Source: Octopus bimaculoides (lineage: Eukaryota). Taken from it: a DNA stretch of 64,000 bases. Under the pieces are notes generated by a model. It searched no databases. It saw only the letters and a program-made list of their open reading frames with translations, and was not told the DNA's origin. This document shows, one piece after another, positions 24,930 through 36,435 of the stretch (positions within the stretch are counted from its first letter, which is position 1; every line of letters begins with the position of its first letter). The stretch lies in NCBI RefSeq assembly GCF_001194135.2, contig NC_068987.1, positions 90,379,716 through 90,443,715 of the forward strand. Direction: 5' to 3'. The position numbers and the translations under genes were made by a program.

Positions 24930-25290
24930 GTGCAGGTGTGGCAGTGCAGAAAGAAGTTTTGTTTCCCAACCACATGGTTCTTGGTTCAGTCTTATTGTGT
25001 GGCACCTTGGGCAAGTGTGTTTTACAATAACCTCGGACCAAGCCTTGTCAATGGATTTGGTAGACAGAAACTGAAAGAAGTTTGTTGTGTGTATGTGTGT
25101 GTGTGTGTGTGTGATTTTGTCCCCCACCACTGTTGTGCTTACATCCCTGTACTATAGCAGTGTGGCAAAAGAGACCAATAGAATAAGGACAAGGAAGTCC
25201 TGGGGTCAATTCATTTGACTAAAATACTTCAAAGCAGTGCTCCAGCATGGCCTGTTGTCCAGTGACTAAAACAAGTAATAGATAAAAGAA
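24930..25290 (+). mobile_element. SINE family A near-full-length copy
   Basis: Head, ggcaccttgggcaagt, internal (TG)n and tail ctccagcatggcc...gactaaaacaagtaa. Confidence 0.8.
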
Positions 25291-26489
25291 AAAAAAAAGA
25301 TAGGAAGAACTAGTTGTGGTGTGATTGAGAAGAGTTAGCATAGGTTTGGATGTATGATGCATGTGGAGGATGGCACAGTGACACTGCATGATGGTGGGGC
25401 AAGGACTGCACTGGGTGAGCACTTTAAGAGCATTTCATGCAGTCAAAGGTAAGTTATGTTCAAGGAAGGAGGCAGTCAGATTACCATACAGGGCAACCAA
25501 AACCCACACAGTGCCACTAGGATGATGGTTGTGCAAAAATATAAACAAGCAAAGTGAAAGGACTCTGCAGAAGATGAAGACATGAGCAGAGGTGGTTAAG
25601 CAGATCTTGAGTCGAAACTCATAAAGGTGATAATTCTACTCAGAGGAGAAACTAATCTCAGCCACCAGATAAGAATTAACCAAAACCAACCATATCAAAT
25701 GTAAAGGTCTTTTAAGCCCTCGGGTGGTGTTGTTTAGATCTAAATCAACCCTGATTGAACAGAGACTGACCAAAAACATTCAAGTCAGGATCAACAAGTT
25801 TTTTTTTTGTTTGTTTTTTTTCTCTTCTTTACATAAATAGTTTACTTTGGACAATATCATCCAAAATATTCTTTAAAAAGCACTTGGATATACTTTAAGT
25901 GAGATTTGGCTGTAGTTTCTAGAAGGTCAAAAGACCACAATGAGTCCTCTTTATTTGCTCAAAACCTGGAAGCTTTAAGAGCTGATTGTTAGAATAAGGA
26001 AGCCTCTACACTGTCAGTTGACTTGCTAGAAATAGCAGCATTGCTTCAAGTCAAACTCTACCATCTTAAAAAAGAAAGGACACCTAGAACAATATTGTAG
26101 CTGATCTACAAAAATATGGAATGGTCATGGAATGGAACACCTTTTGTCAGAGGTCTGCTCCATTATAACTGACCAGAGGCTAAATTACAAAGAAAGAAAG
26201 AAAGAAACCTCTACACGTAAGAAATAGCACCCTAAAATCTTACAACAGAGGGGAGGGGGTAATGTAATCCTGTTTATGCCTGCAAAAATAAAGATGAAAT
26301 GACCACAACAAGAATAGGTTTGGTTAATCGTTGTTGACGGACACTTAAAAAAAAGTTGTTTGGAATCTCAGAACAATCAAAGTTCCCCAAATAGAATAGG
26401 TTTGCATATTATGAGAAAAACATTCTTTTGAGCTCAGCCTGGACCCCTAAAAGCCCCTCAGGTCTTTGGGGACATTTACATTTACAAGC

Positions 26490-26830
26490 ATGCATAGCTC
26501 AGTGCCAGTGTGAAAGCACCTTGGGAAAGTGTCTTCTACTACAGCCCATGGCTGACCAATGCCTTGGGAATGAATTTGATAAATGGAAAATGTGTGGAAG
26601 CCCATCAAAATGTATGCATGTGTGTGGATTTGTGTTTGTCCCTACCTCCACTCCACCCATGACAACCAGTGTTGGTTTGTTTACATTCTCATTACTTAGC
26701 AGCTCGGTGAAAGAGACTGATAGACTAGGTACCAAACAAAAATATATATACTGGGGTCAACTTATTTGACTAAACTCTTCAAAGCAGTGCTCCAGCATGG
26801 CCACAGTCCAATGACAGAAGTAAGAGAGAT
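26490..26830 (+). mobile_element. SINE family A copy
   Basis: Same modules as 32935-33346. Confidence 0.75.
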
Positions 26831-29026
26831 AAAGCTTAACTAACAACACGGCCACAGAAGAAATTATCTGATGAGTTTCTTACAAAATAGTGATTATCTA
26901 ATGAAACCGGGCAAAGCTTATAATCCAAGTATAAAAATATAACTTAATAACGTTATGAATCTATCAATAGTTTTTTTTTTTTTCTTTTAAAGAGGCCAGG
27001 TTAAGTGACAAATTCGTTCCTGATATCAGTCAATTGTTACAAGAAAAAATACCACTCATCATTCCATTGATTAATTGCACAAGCTGGCTAAGAGCCAGTA
27101 CAGGTTTCAAAGTTTAAGTGGACTGTGTTATTGAGAGAGATAGAGAGACAGACAGACAGACAGAGAAACAGGTGATTTCCCCGCACAAAGACTGCTCCAT
27201 GAGAGGCGGTTTATAATTGAGAAAGTAGCTTCTGATAAATATGCATTACTGTTAACAAACATCACAGCAAGTGGTTTGTTTTATTTACAGTGGAAGCAGA
27301 CTTCTATTTGTTCCGATGAATGTCAGTTCTTCATACAACACCAACAACAAAAACAACAAAACATACAAGTAAAAAAAAAACAAGCTATATTTTAACTGTT
27401 TCAAAATGTCAGCTAATACATAAATGAGGTCAAACAAAATAAATAAAATCAATTGTATACTGGCTGTTGGTAAAAGAACTCCAATCCATTTCCCCCCTCC
27501 ATCCCACCCCTGAACAGTTTCACATTTATTTGTACCAAACTAGCACGAGTGGGTGGAATGAGTCTTCAAATTTACATATGAGCTAATGGAGCATGTTAAA
27601 CTTAGGATTGGTAAATGTTCTTATAGTTAATCTATAAGGTGTTAAATATATAAATGTAAAACATCTGCCAATCTTTGATGCGTTTCAGAAATGCTGATAT
27701 TTTTAATCCAGTTTCACAGTGCAAAGGAAAACAAATCTGCCTCTTGGATAGGATATCCATCTATCACAAATAACATTAGATGCCCCATATCATCATCATT
27801 ACCATCATCATCATCACCATCACCGCCATTACCACCACCATCATCACCATCACCATCAGCATTTAATATCTGCTTTTCAATGCTTGCATGGGTCAGACAA
27901 ATTTATTGAGCAGATTTTCTCTGACCAGATGCCCTTCCTGTTGCTAACCCTCATCCATTTCAAAGCAAGGTAATATTTCCCCATGGCCAGATAAGTTCTT
28001 CATGGAAGACTGGAAATGAACCTCACTTGTATGATGATGATGATGATGCTCCTTTATACCATCACATGATGTCTACACAAAGGTGTACACACACACACAG
28101 AGCGGACATCTTTAGTTTCTGTCTACGAAATCCACATGGCTTTGGTCAGCCCAGAGCTATAGTAAAAGACACTTGCCCAAGGTGACACAGAGTGGAACTA
28201 AACCAAAGACCACACAGTTGGGAAGCAAGCTAGGTTTTGCACATTATAATTCCTCTGCAATTCAACTTGTAAAGAATAGGGGTAGAGAGAGAAAGAGATA
28301 GTAACATAGTGGAAAAGAACAAAACTTGTAATTAGTAAATATTTGGGGTTGCCTAAAATGTGAAAATCAAGCAGTTGGAAATATTGTAAGTGTAGATTCT
28401 TGAATGAAAGAGTGGATCTTGAACTAAAAACATCAGTCAAGGAAGTGCGTATTAAACAATAACTGACAGCAAAAGAGACTTGTACAGAGCATGTTCAAAT
28501 TGACAGGGGACACCAGGCAACAAATTGAAAAATAAGCAGTTCATAGTCTCAGGGAGTGTGTGATATGTTTATAGCCAAAGTTTGAAATAGTTGAGTTCAC
28601 CAAACTGTAAACAAATATACTGCAGGGTAAGAACAACTCACTACCAAAATCTAGAAGCAACGGTACGGTAAAAATTTCCAAGTTTCCTCTTGACAACTGG
28701 TGTTGGTTTGTTTACATCTTCATAACTTAGTGATCCACCAAAAGAACATGTTAGAATAAATACCAGATTTTTAAAAAATAAGTATTGAGTAAGTTTGTTC
28801 AAGTAAACCTTTCCAGGTGGTGCTCCAGCATGGCTGCAGTCCAATGACCGAAACAAGCCACAGATAAAAAAAAAAGATTCTTATGACGATGAATGTATTG
28901 TACTAAAATAAGCAAGATAAAGGTAAAGGTAATTATCGAAGTTTCTCCTAAATCTAAGTTCATTTATAAAATATAAAAGTAGATATATTAAAATAAATGT
29001 ATTGTAATAGTCTTTCCGACTGTAGG

Positions 29027-29225
29027 AACAAGGCTTGAAATTTCTGAGGAGGGGGGGGCAGTCGATTAGATTGACCCAGTATGCAACAGGTACTTAATTT
29101 ATCAACCCTGAAAGGATGAAAGACAAAGTCAACCTCGGCGGAATTTGAACTCAGAACGTAACGGCAGATGAAATACCTCTAAGCATCTCACCCGGCGTGA
29201 TAACGATTTTGCCAGCTCGCTACCA
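29027..29225 (-). mobile_element. SINE family B copy
   Basis: aacctcggcggaatttgaactcagaacgtaacggcag is the reverse-complement head. Confidence 0.8.
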
Positions 29226-29587
29226 GCTCAATGCCTTGATAAATGTATTATAGTATTAATTCTTAAAATAAGAAGCCTACCTATCAGAGAAATTCTAGAG
29301 AATTTCAGCATTTCCTCATTCTCATGAGACTGAAAAATGGATTTACCATTCAAACAACAGGAAGTGACACATTAAATGCTTTCATTCAAGTTATTTTTAA
29401 CTTCATCCTTAAAGTAAAAACAAATAAATAAATATTCAAAAGTATGACAATACAAATGTCATTGGTACAGTTTTGAATAAGTGACAGGCATGGATCTGTA
29501 GCTAAGATGTCTGTTTTGGCAACACATGACTTTATGGTCAACCATACTAGTAAAACCTCACGATTGACCAATGCCTTGCAAGCGAAA

Positions 29588-29605
29588 TTTAGTCAATGGT
29601 GACTC

Positions 29606-29657
<52 letters not shown>

Positions 29658-29973
29658 TGTGTGTGTGTGTGTGTGTGTGTNNNNNNNNNNNNNNNNNNNN
29701 NNNNNNNNNNNNNNNNNNNNNNNNNNNNNNNNNNNNNNNNNNNNNNNNNNNNNNNNNNNNNNNNNNNNNNNNNNNNNNNNNNNNNNNNNNNNNNNNNNNN
29801 NNNNNNNNNNNNNNNNNNNNNNNNNNNNNNNNNNNNNNNNNNNNNNNNNNNNNNNNNNNNNNNNNNNNNNNNNNNNNNNNNNNNNNNNNNNNNNNNNNNN
29901 NNNNNNNNNNNNNNNNNNNNNNNNNNNNNNNNNNNNNNNNNNNNNNNNNNNNNNNNNNNNNNNNNNNNNNNNN

Positions 29974-30019
<46 letters not shown>

Positions 30020-30022
30020 GTG
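29588..30022. repeat. (GA)n(GT)n microsatellite spanning assembly gap 29681-29973
   Basis: Seen directly in the sequence. Confidence 0.95.
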
Positions 30023-31238
30023 TCCACATGACTTCATATTGGCACTGTCAGGGCAGAAATGAGTTTTGTTTATTTCTTGTACCTTGGTGGCTTGACACAT
30101 GCATTATCATTGTCATTTTAACATTTATTTCACCATATTTGTTGAGGTTGGACAGAATACATTGATGTAGACTTTCTGCAGTGGGATGCCCTTCCTGTCA
30201 CTAAACCTCACTCATTTCCAAGCAAGGTTTCATTTTCCCTATGATCAAACATCTTTTTCTCAGATGACAGGTAACAAACAGCCTCATTTATATGACAATA
30301 ATCATTTACAACCTCACGTGATGTTTAGACATGTTTACACACACACACACACACACACAACTTCTTTCAGTTTCCAGCTACCAAATCCACTCACAAAGTT
30401 TTGGTCAGTCCAAGGTTATACTAAAAGACACTAGCCCAAGGTGCAGCACACTGGAAAAGAAAAACAGTACCTTACATGACAAGGAACAATTGACATCAGA
30501 AAAGACATCCAGTTTTAGAACATTTGCTTGGGTAGATTTTTTTTTTTAAATGATGACGACATATAAACATTCAGGTCATTAAGACAACTTACAAACAAAT
30601 TATATTCTTTTATGCATCTATTTTTTTTTACACCACTTCCATAAGTGAGATGGTTAAATTTGTTGGAACAACTATTTTTATGGCTAAATATTCTTTTTAT
30701 AGTTAAATATTTGACTGAGAATCAACAGTGGAGTTTGTTTCTCTTTTATTCAAGCAAAGTAGAGCAAACAGATTTAGATATTTTTTTCTCAGGAAAACAA
30801 TACATAAGCTGTAATAATATTTGAACTTATAACCAAGCAGTTAACAGCTCAACACTTCAAACTCACAACCATTCAGCCTCATAAATTTTCTGTTTTACAT
30901 AACTTCTCTTTAAATTTCAAATGTTTCCAAGTACATTTAACACGTGTCTCTCTTGTATGCACTTTTTCCTCCACCAATATTGTGGGAAGAAAGCATTTAT
31001 TGGGAGAGAAAAGAAGTTCATTTCGCAACAATGGGACTTCAGAATGAATGTTGCTGCATGGGACCTTGGGCAAATGTCTCCTACCAAAGCATCAGGAAAA
31101 CCAATGCCCTGTGAGAGATACAGACAGAAACTGCACAAAAGTCTATCATAGGCACAGGAGTGGCTGTGTGGTAAGAAGATTGCTTCCCTGAGCTGCTTGG
31201 CAGCAGTTTGTTAGTGAGTATCGTACCAGTGGAAAGGA

Positions 31239-32400
31239 ATGTATTCAGACCTTAGTGAGTATGAGATGTCCTCAGCTGAGGAGGAGCTCGTTAAGGCGGT
31301 AAATAGAATGGATGAGCATTTGGAAAGAGTAAAGAGTTTTGCTGAGGCTGCAGAGGTGAAGAAAAGGGAACTGGACCTAACCGGACTGAAGGAACTGTGG
31401 AAGATGACACAGAAGGTGGATAGTGATGTAAAGTAATTACCCCCGAAAAGGGGGAAAAGAAGACCATTACCTACAAGGTGTACTCAGTGGAGAGGAGGGA
31501 GATGGAGCAGAGAGAGATGGAAAAAGTAGAAAAGGCATTGAAGGAGCTTTTGAAGGAAGTGACATATATATAGCGAAAGGAAATGGATACGGGATGGTGG
31601 TTGTCTAGATTAGGACAGCGGAGGAGGCAAAGAGGCTGGCGAGTACAACGGTGAGAACGGAGGAAGTAGTACTTCTACCCACGTACCTTGGAAGAAAGAC
31701 TTCTAAGGTGAGGGTAGAAGGAATCCCACCCAATATAAAAGTGGCTTGTGTTGCAGCAGCTGTCCTCATTGGTTGTGAGGAGGAGGTGGATGTCCTCCAC
31801 ACCACAGAGACGGAGGAAGGAGGAGATAGAGGAAAAACATTGGAAATCATCATACAAGCAGAGGCAAAGCAGCTGGAAAATTTGGCGGAGATGGTGACGT
31901 TGGGAGAAATAGTATTGAGAGTATGGGTAAAGGGCAGAGTTCCGCAATGCTCTAAATGTGGCCAAAACGGCCACATTAGAGCTCACGGCCCTCTACAGAG
32001 GAAAACGACAGAAGCGGTGCTGGAGATGGAGGAGAAAAAGGAAGAAATACAGATAGTTGGAAGGAACAAGGAGGATGAATGGACAGTGAGAGAGAATAAA
32101 AGGAAAAAGAGAAAGAAGAGGAAGAACAGTCAGTGTGATGTGGGACCCCAGACCAACTCCATCCCACCCAAGACCATTCAGACCCACCCTCCCCATACAG
32201 ACACCAAACCTACCCACCCCCTCTCCCCACAGGAAATAAAAAAGAACAGACACCACAAAATTTGTAAGACCCTTCCCCTGGTGAAAAAGGTTACGTGTAC
32301 ATGGAGAAGAGAGTGTTGTCATTCAGCGATGGGGAAAACCGTAAACGAAAGACTAGATCAAAGACTAAAGAGGACTTGGGACTCAGTGTGGGGTGAGTAA
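31239..32400 (+). pseudogene. Disrupted LINE ORF1 (gag-like: coiled coil, RRM-like region, CCHC zinc knuckle); no ORF2 seen
   Basis: Coiled-coil ORF 31239-31436; frameshifted link ...GMVVV*IRTAEEAKRL...; ORF 31651-32400 with GRVPQCSKCGQNGHIRAH(G) (C-x2-C-x4-H-x4, last Cys mutated), then a basic RKKRKKRK stretch and a Pro/Thr-rich tail. Confidence 0.75.
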
Positions 32401-32425
32401 CACACTTTTCATATTCTCATTTCTC

Positions 32426-32610
32426 AATTGCTTGACAACCGATGTTGGTGTGTTTACAACCCTGTAACTTAGCAGTTCGGCAAAAGAGACCAATAGAATA
32501 AGTACTGGGCTTGCAAAGAATAAGTCCTGGGGTCGATTTGTTTGACTAAAAGGTGATGCTCCAGTATGGCCAGCCAAATGACTGAAACAAATAAGAGAAT
32601 AAAAGAATAT
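32426..32610 (+). mobile_element. SINE family A 3' half, directly downstream of the ORF1 relic
   Basis: ttgcttgacaaccgatgttggtgtgtttac...gactgaaacaaataagagaataaaagaa. Confidence 0.85.
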
Positions 32611-32934
32611 CTACTTAATAGAGGTGTGTGTGTGTGGGGGGGGCGTTTGTAGCCACATGGTTTCACAATGCCCCTGTTTCAGCAGTGGTGTTTATGTCTT
32701 CTATGAACAAAACATCCGGTTGTGGTTCGGCTTGTGGAGATGTGGAATCGATATTTTACTTGAAAAACAAGGGTTTGCACAAGGGAGGGCACCTGGCATT
32801 CAGATTCCAAATCAGACAGAAAAAAGCAGATACAAATATGATGATGAACTCCAGCCATATCAACCACACCAAATATGGAAACATGTAAAAATCATGGGCA
32901 CTGACCCTCCTCTCCTGGCTAAATTATAAACCAA

Positions 32935-33346
32935 GTGGGTGTGTGGTAACTAGCTTGCTTACCATCCACATGGTTCCGGGTTCAGCCCCACTGTGTGGCG
33001 CCTTGGGCAAGTGTCTTCTAGTATAGCCTAAGGCCGACCAAAGCCTTGTGAGTGGATTTGGTAGATGGAAACTGAAAGAAGCCAGTTGTATGTATGTATG
33101 TATGTATGTATGTATGTATGTATGTATGTATGTATATGTGTGTGTGTGTGTGTTTTTGTCCCAACATTGCTTGACAACTGATGGTGGTGTGTTTATGCCC
33201 CCCCACCCATAACTTAGTGGTTCGGCAAAAAAGACTGATAGAATAAGTACTAGGCTTACAAAGAATAAGTCCTGGGGTCGATTTGCTCGACTAAAGGTGG
33301 TGCTGCAGCATGGCCACAGTCAAATGACTGAAACAAGTAAAAGAAT
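32935..33346 (+). mobile_element. SINE family A full-length reference copy
   Basis: tRNA-like head (gtgtggtaac...gggttcagccc), CORE-like ccttgggcaagt, internal (TGTA)n(TG)n and tail gactgaaacaagtaaaaga. Confidence 0.9.
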
Positions 33347-33594
33347 TTAAATAGGAGCAGATGTGGCTGGGTGTTTGCTTCCCAATCAAGTGGTCTTGGG
33401 TTCAGTCCCACTGTGTGGGACACTTGGGGCAAGTGCCTTCGACTATAGTCTTAGGCCAACTAAAACCTTATGTGTAGATTTGGTACATGGAAACTAAAAG
33501 AAGCCTGCCATCTGGACATCACATGAGAGTTGTAAATGAGAATCATTGTCATACAAGCAGTGTCGTTCATTTGCAATATTCTGTGAGAACAAGG

Positions 33595-33810
33595 CAGCGA
33601 GCTGGCAGAATCATTACTGTGCCAGGCAAAGTGCTTAGCGGCATTTCGCCCGTCTTTACATTGAGTTCAAATTCCACCGAGGTCAACTTTGCTTGCCATC
33701 CTTTTGAGGTCAATGAAATAAGTACCAGTTGAGCATGGGGTGGGGGTGGGGTATCAATTGATTTAACCCTTCCTCCAAAATTGCTGACCTTGTGCCAAAA
33801 TTTGAAACCA
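33595..33810 (+). mobile_element. SINE family B copy
   Basis: ggcagcgagctggcagaatc...gagttcaaattccaccgaggtcaac. Confidence 0.8.
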
Positions 33811-34063
33811 ATATTCTGTGAGAAAATGTCTGGCCATGGAGAAATATTACCTTACTTGGAAACAGGGAGGGCATCCAGCTGTAGAAAATCTGTTTGAGTA
33901 AACTCTGTTGGACACACACACTTGGAAAAGTGGACAATATGAGCCCCTAAAGGAAAGAGGAAGCACAGAAGCCTCAAGAATATCTGAAGAAGAACTGTGG
34001 AAAAAGAGAGGCAAGCAGGTGGAATGTGGAACCAGGCAAGAACCACAGCCACTGACAGGACAG

Positions 34064-34136
<73 letters not shown>

Positions 34137-34731
34137 AGAGTGGAAAACTTATGTGTTACCTAAAAGTACAAAATGGGAAGAAGAATTCGAGACAGAATGA
34201 CAAATGCTCAATGCTGCAATCTATAACTGTCATCCAACATGGGATAGCTATGCACTTCAAGTGCCATCAGTGGTCGGCTCTTTTACAATTGGGTTTTGAG
34301 TCAAGAAAAGACTTTTCTTGATCAGTCCTCAGCACCCAGCTTGTATGTCATGGTCCTCCAGGAAATAAAGTAATTTAAGTCAGGCTGCCCCTAGGAGCTC
34401 CTCTATGCTGATGACTTTGTTCTTATAGCTGAGTCACTATCAGAACTGGAGAAAAAAATTTCAGGTGTGGAAGCAAGGTCTGGAATCAAAGGGCCTCAGA
34501 GTTAATTTAGTAAAAATCAAAGTTTTAGTAAGTAGGAAAGCAGACAAATTACAAATCCTTTCAGGTAGATGGCCCTGCTTGATATGTAGAAAAGGTGTAA
34601 GTAGAAACTCCATCAGGTGTACATAATGTAAACTATGGACACATAAGAGGTGCAGCAATATCAGAGGAAGGTTAACAGGGAAAATAGTGTATGTGTGTGA
34701 CAGATGCACAGGTACAATAAACACTAGAAAT

Positions 34732-35144
34732 ACTATTCTATATTTTTGAGATGAGGAATTCTATACATTATCTACATTTGATGGACATGTGTCCTCGTCT
34801 TGTTTGTTGTTACCACAACGTTTCAGCTGATTTATTCTCCAGCCTTCATCAGGTGTCCTGGAAGAATTTTGAACCTAACCCTGGGTTCTCACTCCTAAGG
34901 TATTTTTTGCTGATGTTATTATTTATTCAAGGCACTGCCTGGAATTGAACTCACAATTTTGGCGTTAGAAGCCTGCTATCTTAACCATTACGCTATATGC
35001 CCGTGAGCATATAGCGTAATGGTTAAGAGCACGGGCTACTAATGCCGAGATTGCAAGTTCAATTCCAGGCAGTGCCTTGAATAAATAATAACAACATCTA
35101 ATGTATAGAATATCTGTCCAATGTAAATAATGTAAATTTACATT
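34732..35144. mobile_element. Head-to-head tRNA-derived SINE-like insertion with a Penelope-type tail and a 16-bp TSD
   Basis: TSD aataaacactagaaat at 34716-34731 and 35145-35160. Inverted tRNA-like heads at about 34912-35000 and 35007-35096, each with A-box TAGCGTAATGG and B-box GTTCAATTCC. Both outer ends finish in related atgtaaataatgta-type tails. Confidence 0.85.
34812..34857 (-). ncRNA. Minimal type I hammerhead ribozyme motif (probably partly decayed)
   Basis: Minus strand reads GACAC-CUGAUGA-A-GGCUG-gagaauaaau-CAGCU-GAAA-CGUU-GUGGU: both core motifs, 5-bp helix II, palindromic AACGUU helix III, and a short helix I with one mismatch. Confidence 0.65.
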
Positions 35145-36249
35145 AATAAACACTAGAAATGTACAAAAAATAGACTATTAAATGCCAGGGGTGGATACCT
35201 AGTAGTAGCTGATAGCTTTCGTTATCTAGGTAACCAGGTCAGCAGTGGAGGTGGATGCTCTGAGAGCATAGCTGCTAGAAAAGAATAGACTGGGCAAAGT
35301 TCAGAGTGCTTCTACCTCAGAGTGAAAGCCAGATTGTATAATGCCTGTGTGCAAACAGGTATGCTACATGGCAGTGAAATATGGGCTGTGAGTGCAGAAG
35401 ACGTGCAAAGATTTGAAAGGAATGAATCTAGTATGCTCTATTGGATGGGCAATGTCAGTGTGCGTATATGACAGAGAGTAAGCATCTTGAGAGAAAAATT
35501 GGGCATAAAAGGCATTAGATGTGCAAGAGAGGTGACTGTGTTGGTGTGGTCATGTGATGTGTATGGATGAGGACAGTTGTGTAAAGTGTTGATCTCTAAC
35601 TGTGGAAGGAACCTGTGGAAGAAGTAAACCAACAAAGACAAGGTGTTGAAACATGATCTTTGAATGTGGGATCTCATGGAGGAAATGACAAGTGATCGTG
35701 ACCTTTGGCGATTTGCTGTGCTTGAGAACACTTGTCAAGCCAAGTGAAATCATAGCTGAAGGAGTAGGGGTGACATGTAACAGCACCCATGCAAAAGCAC
35801 CCTTCCTTGCTACTCCCTTTGACAGCATCTGTGTCATGGAAGAAGGAGACACCTGGTGGTCATCCATAATAAAAAAAAGATAAACCTGTGACCTTCACTC
35901 TGATACAGATACAGATACATGGTCAAGCCTGAACAATGGAAGTCATAGAGCAAAATGGAGAAGACATTTGCCTGGGTTAAAACAAAGATGCCAAGATTGC
36001 TTCAGCAGTAAAATCAAAAACATGTTTCTCTGTCTTTAAACCACCTGAAATCCTTCCATAGAGTTATTTCCATATTACTTCCAGAGTACGACAACAGGTA
36101 CCAAATCATAAATCTGTGACTAAGACCATTCCCCCATACTGGTCAACTCTCAGTTAGTTGAGTCACTATGGCACCATCAAAATGGGGGGGGGGGGCAAAA
36201 AACAAAAAACAATGTACTTACTGCTTCTTTCAACTATACTAAATATCAA

Positions 36250-36435
36250 TTTTTAATTTTGGCAAAAGGCCAGTAATTCTGGGGGGAGAGGGTAAGCTGA
36301 GTACATTGACCCCCAGTAGGATGAAAAGCAAAGTCAACCCTGGCAAAATTTGAACTCAGACCACAAGGACAGACAAAATGCCGCTAAGCATTTTGCCCGG
36401 CATGCAAACAGTTCCACCAGTTCACCGCCTTGACC
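36250..36435 (-). mobile_element. SINE family B copy with 14-bp TSD
   Basis: TSD atactaaatatcaa at 36236-36249 and 36436-36449. Confidence 0.85.

Larger units (their letters stand above)
34335..35752 (+). mobile_element. 5'-truncated decayed RTE-clade LINE (ORF2: RT, C4HC3 finger, C-terminus), interrupted at 34732-35144
   Basis: LLYADDFVLIAES (YADD at 34404-34415), GLRVNLVKIKVL, PHD-like Cys/His pattern, then DSFRYLG and the WGKF...R / LEGTCGR C-terminal region. Confidence 0.9.

Noticed and set aside
27050-27560. Enhancer- or alternative-promoter-like unique block
   Set aside because: Only a weak donor (GTATTT) and no clear core motifs; it cannot be supported from sequence alone.
34912-35096. 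Possible genuine tRNA genes
   Set aside because: A and B boxes are present, but there is no proper acceptor stem or T-run terminator, and they sit within a TSD-bounded insertion. These are SINE heads, like the other tRNA-like segments in the window.
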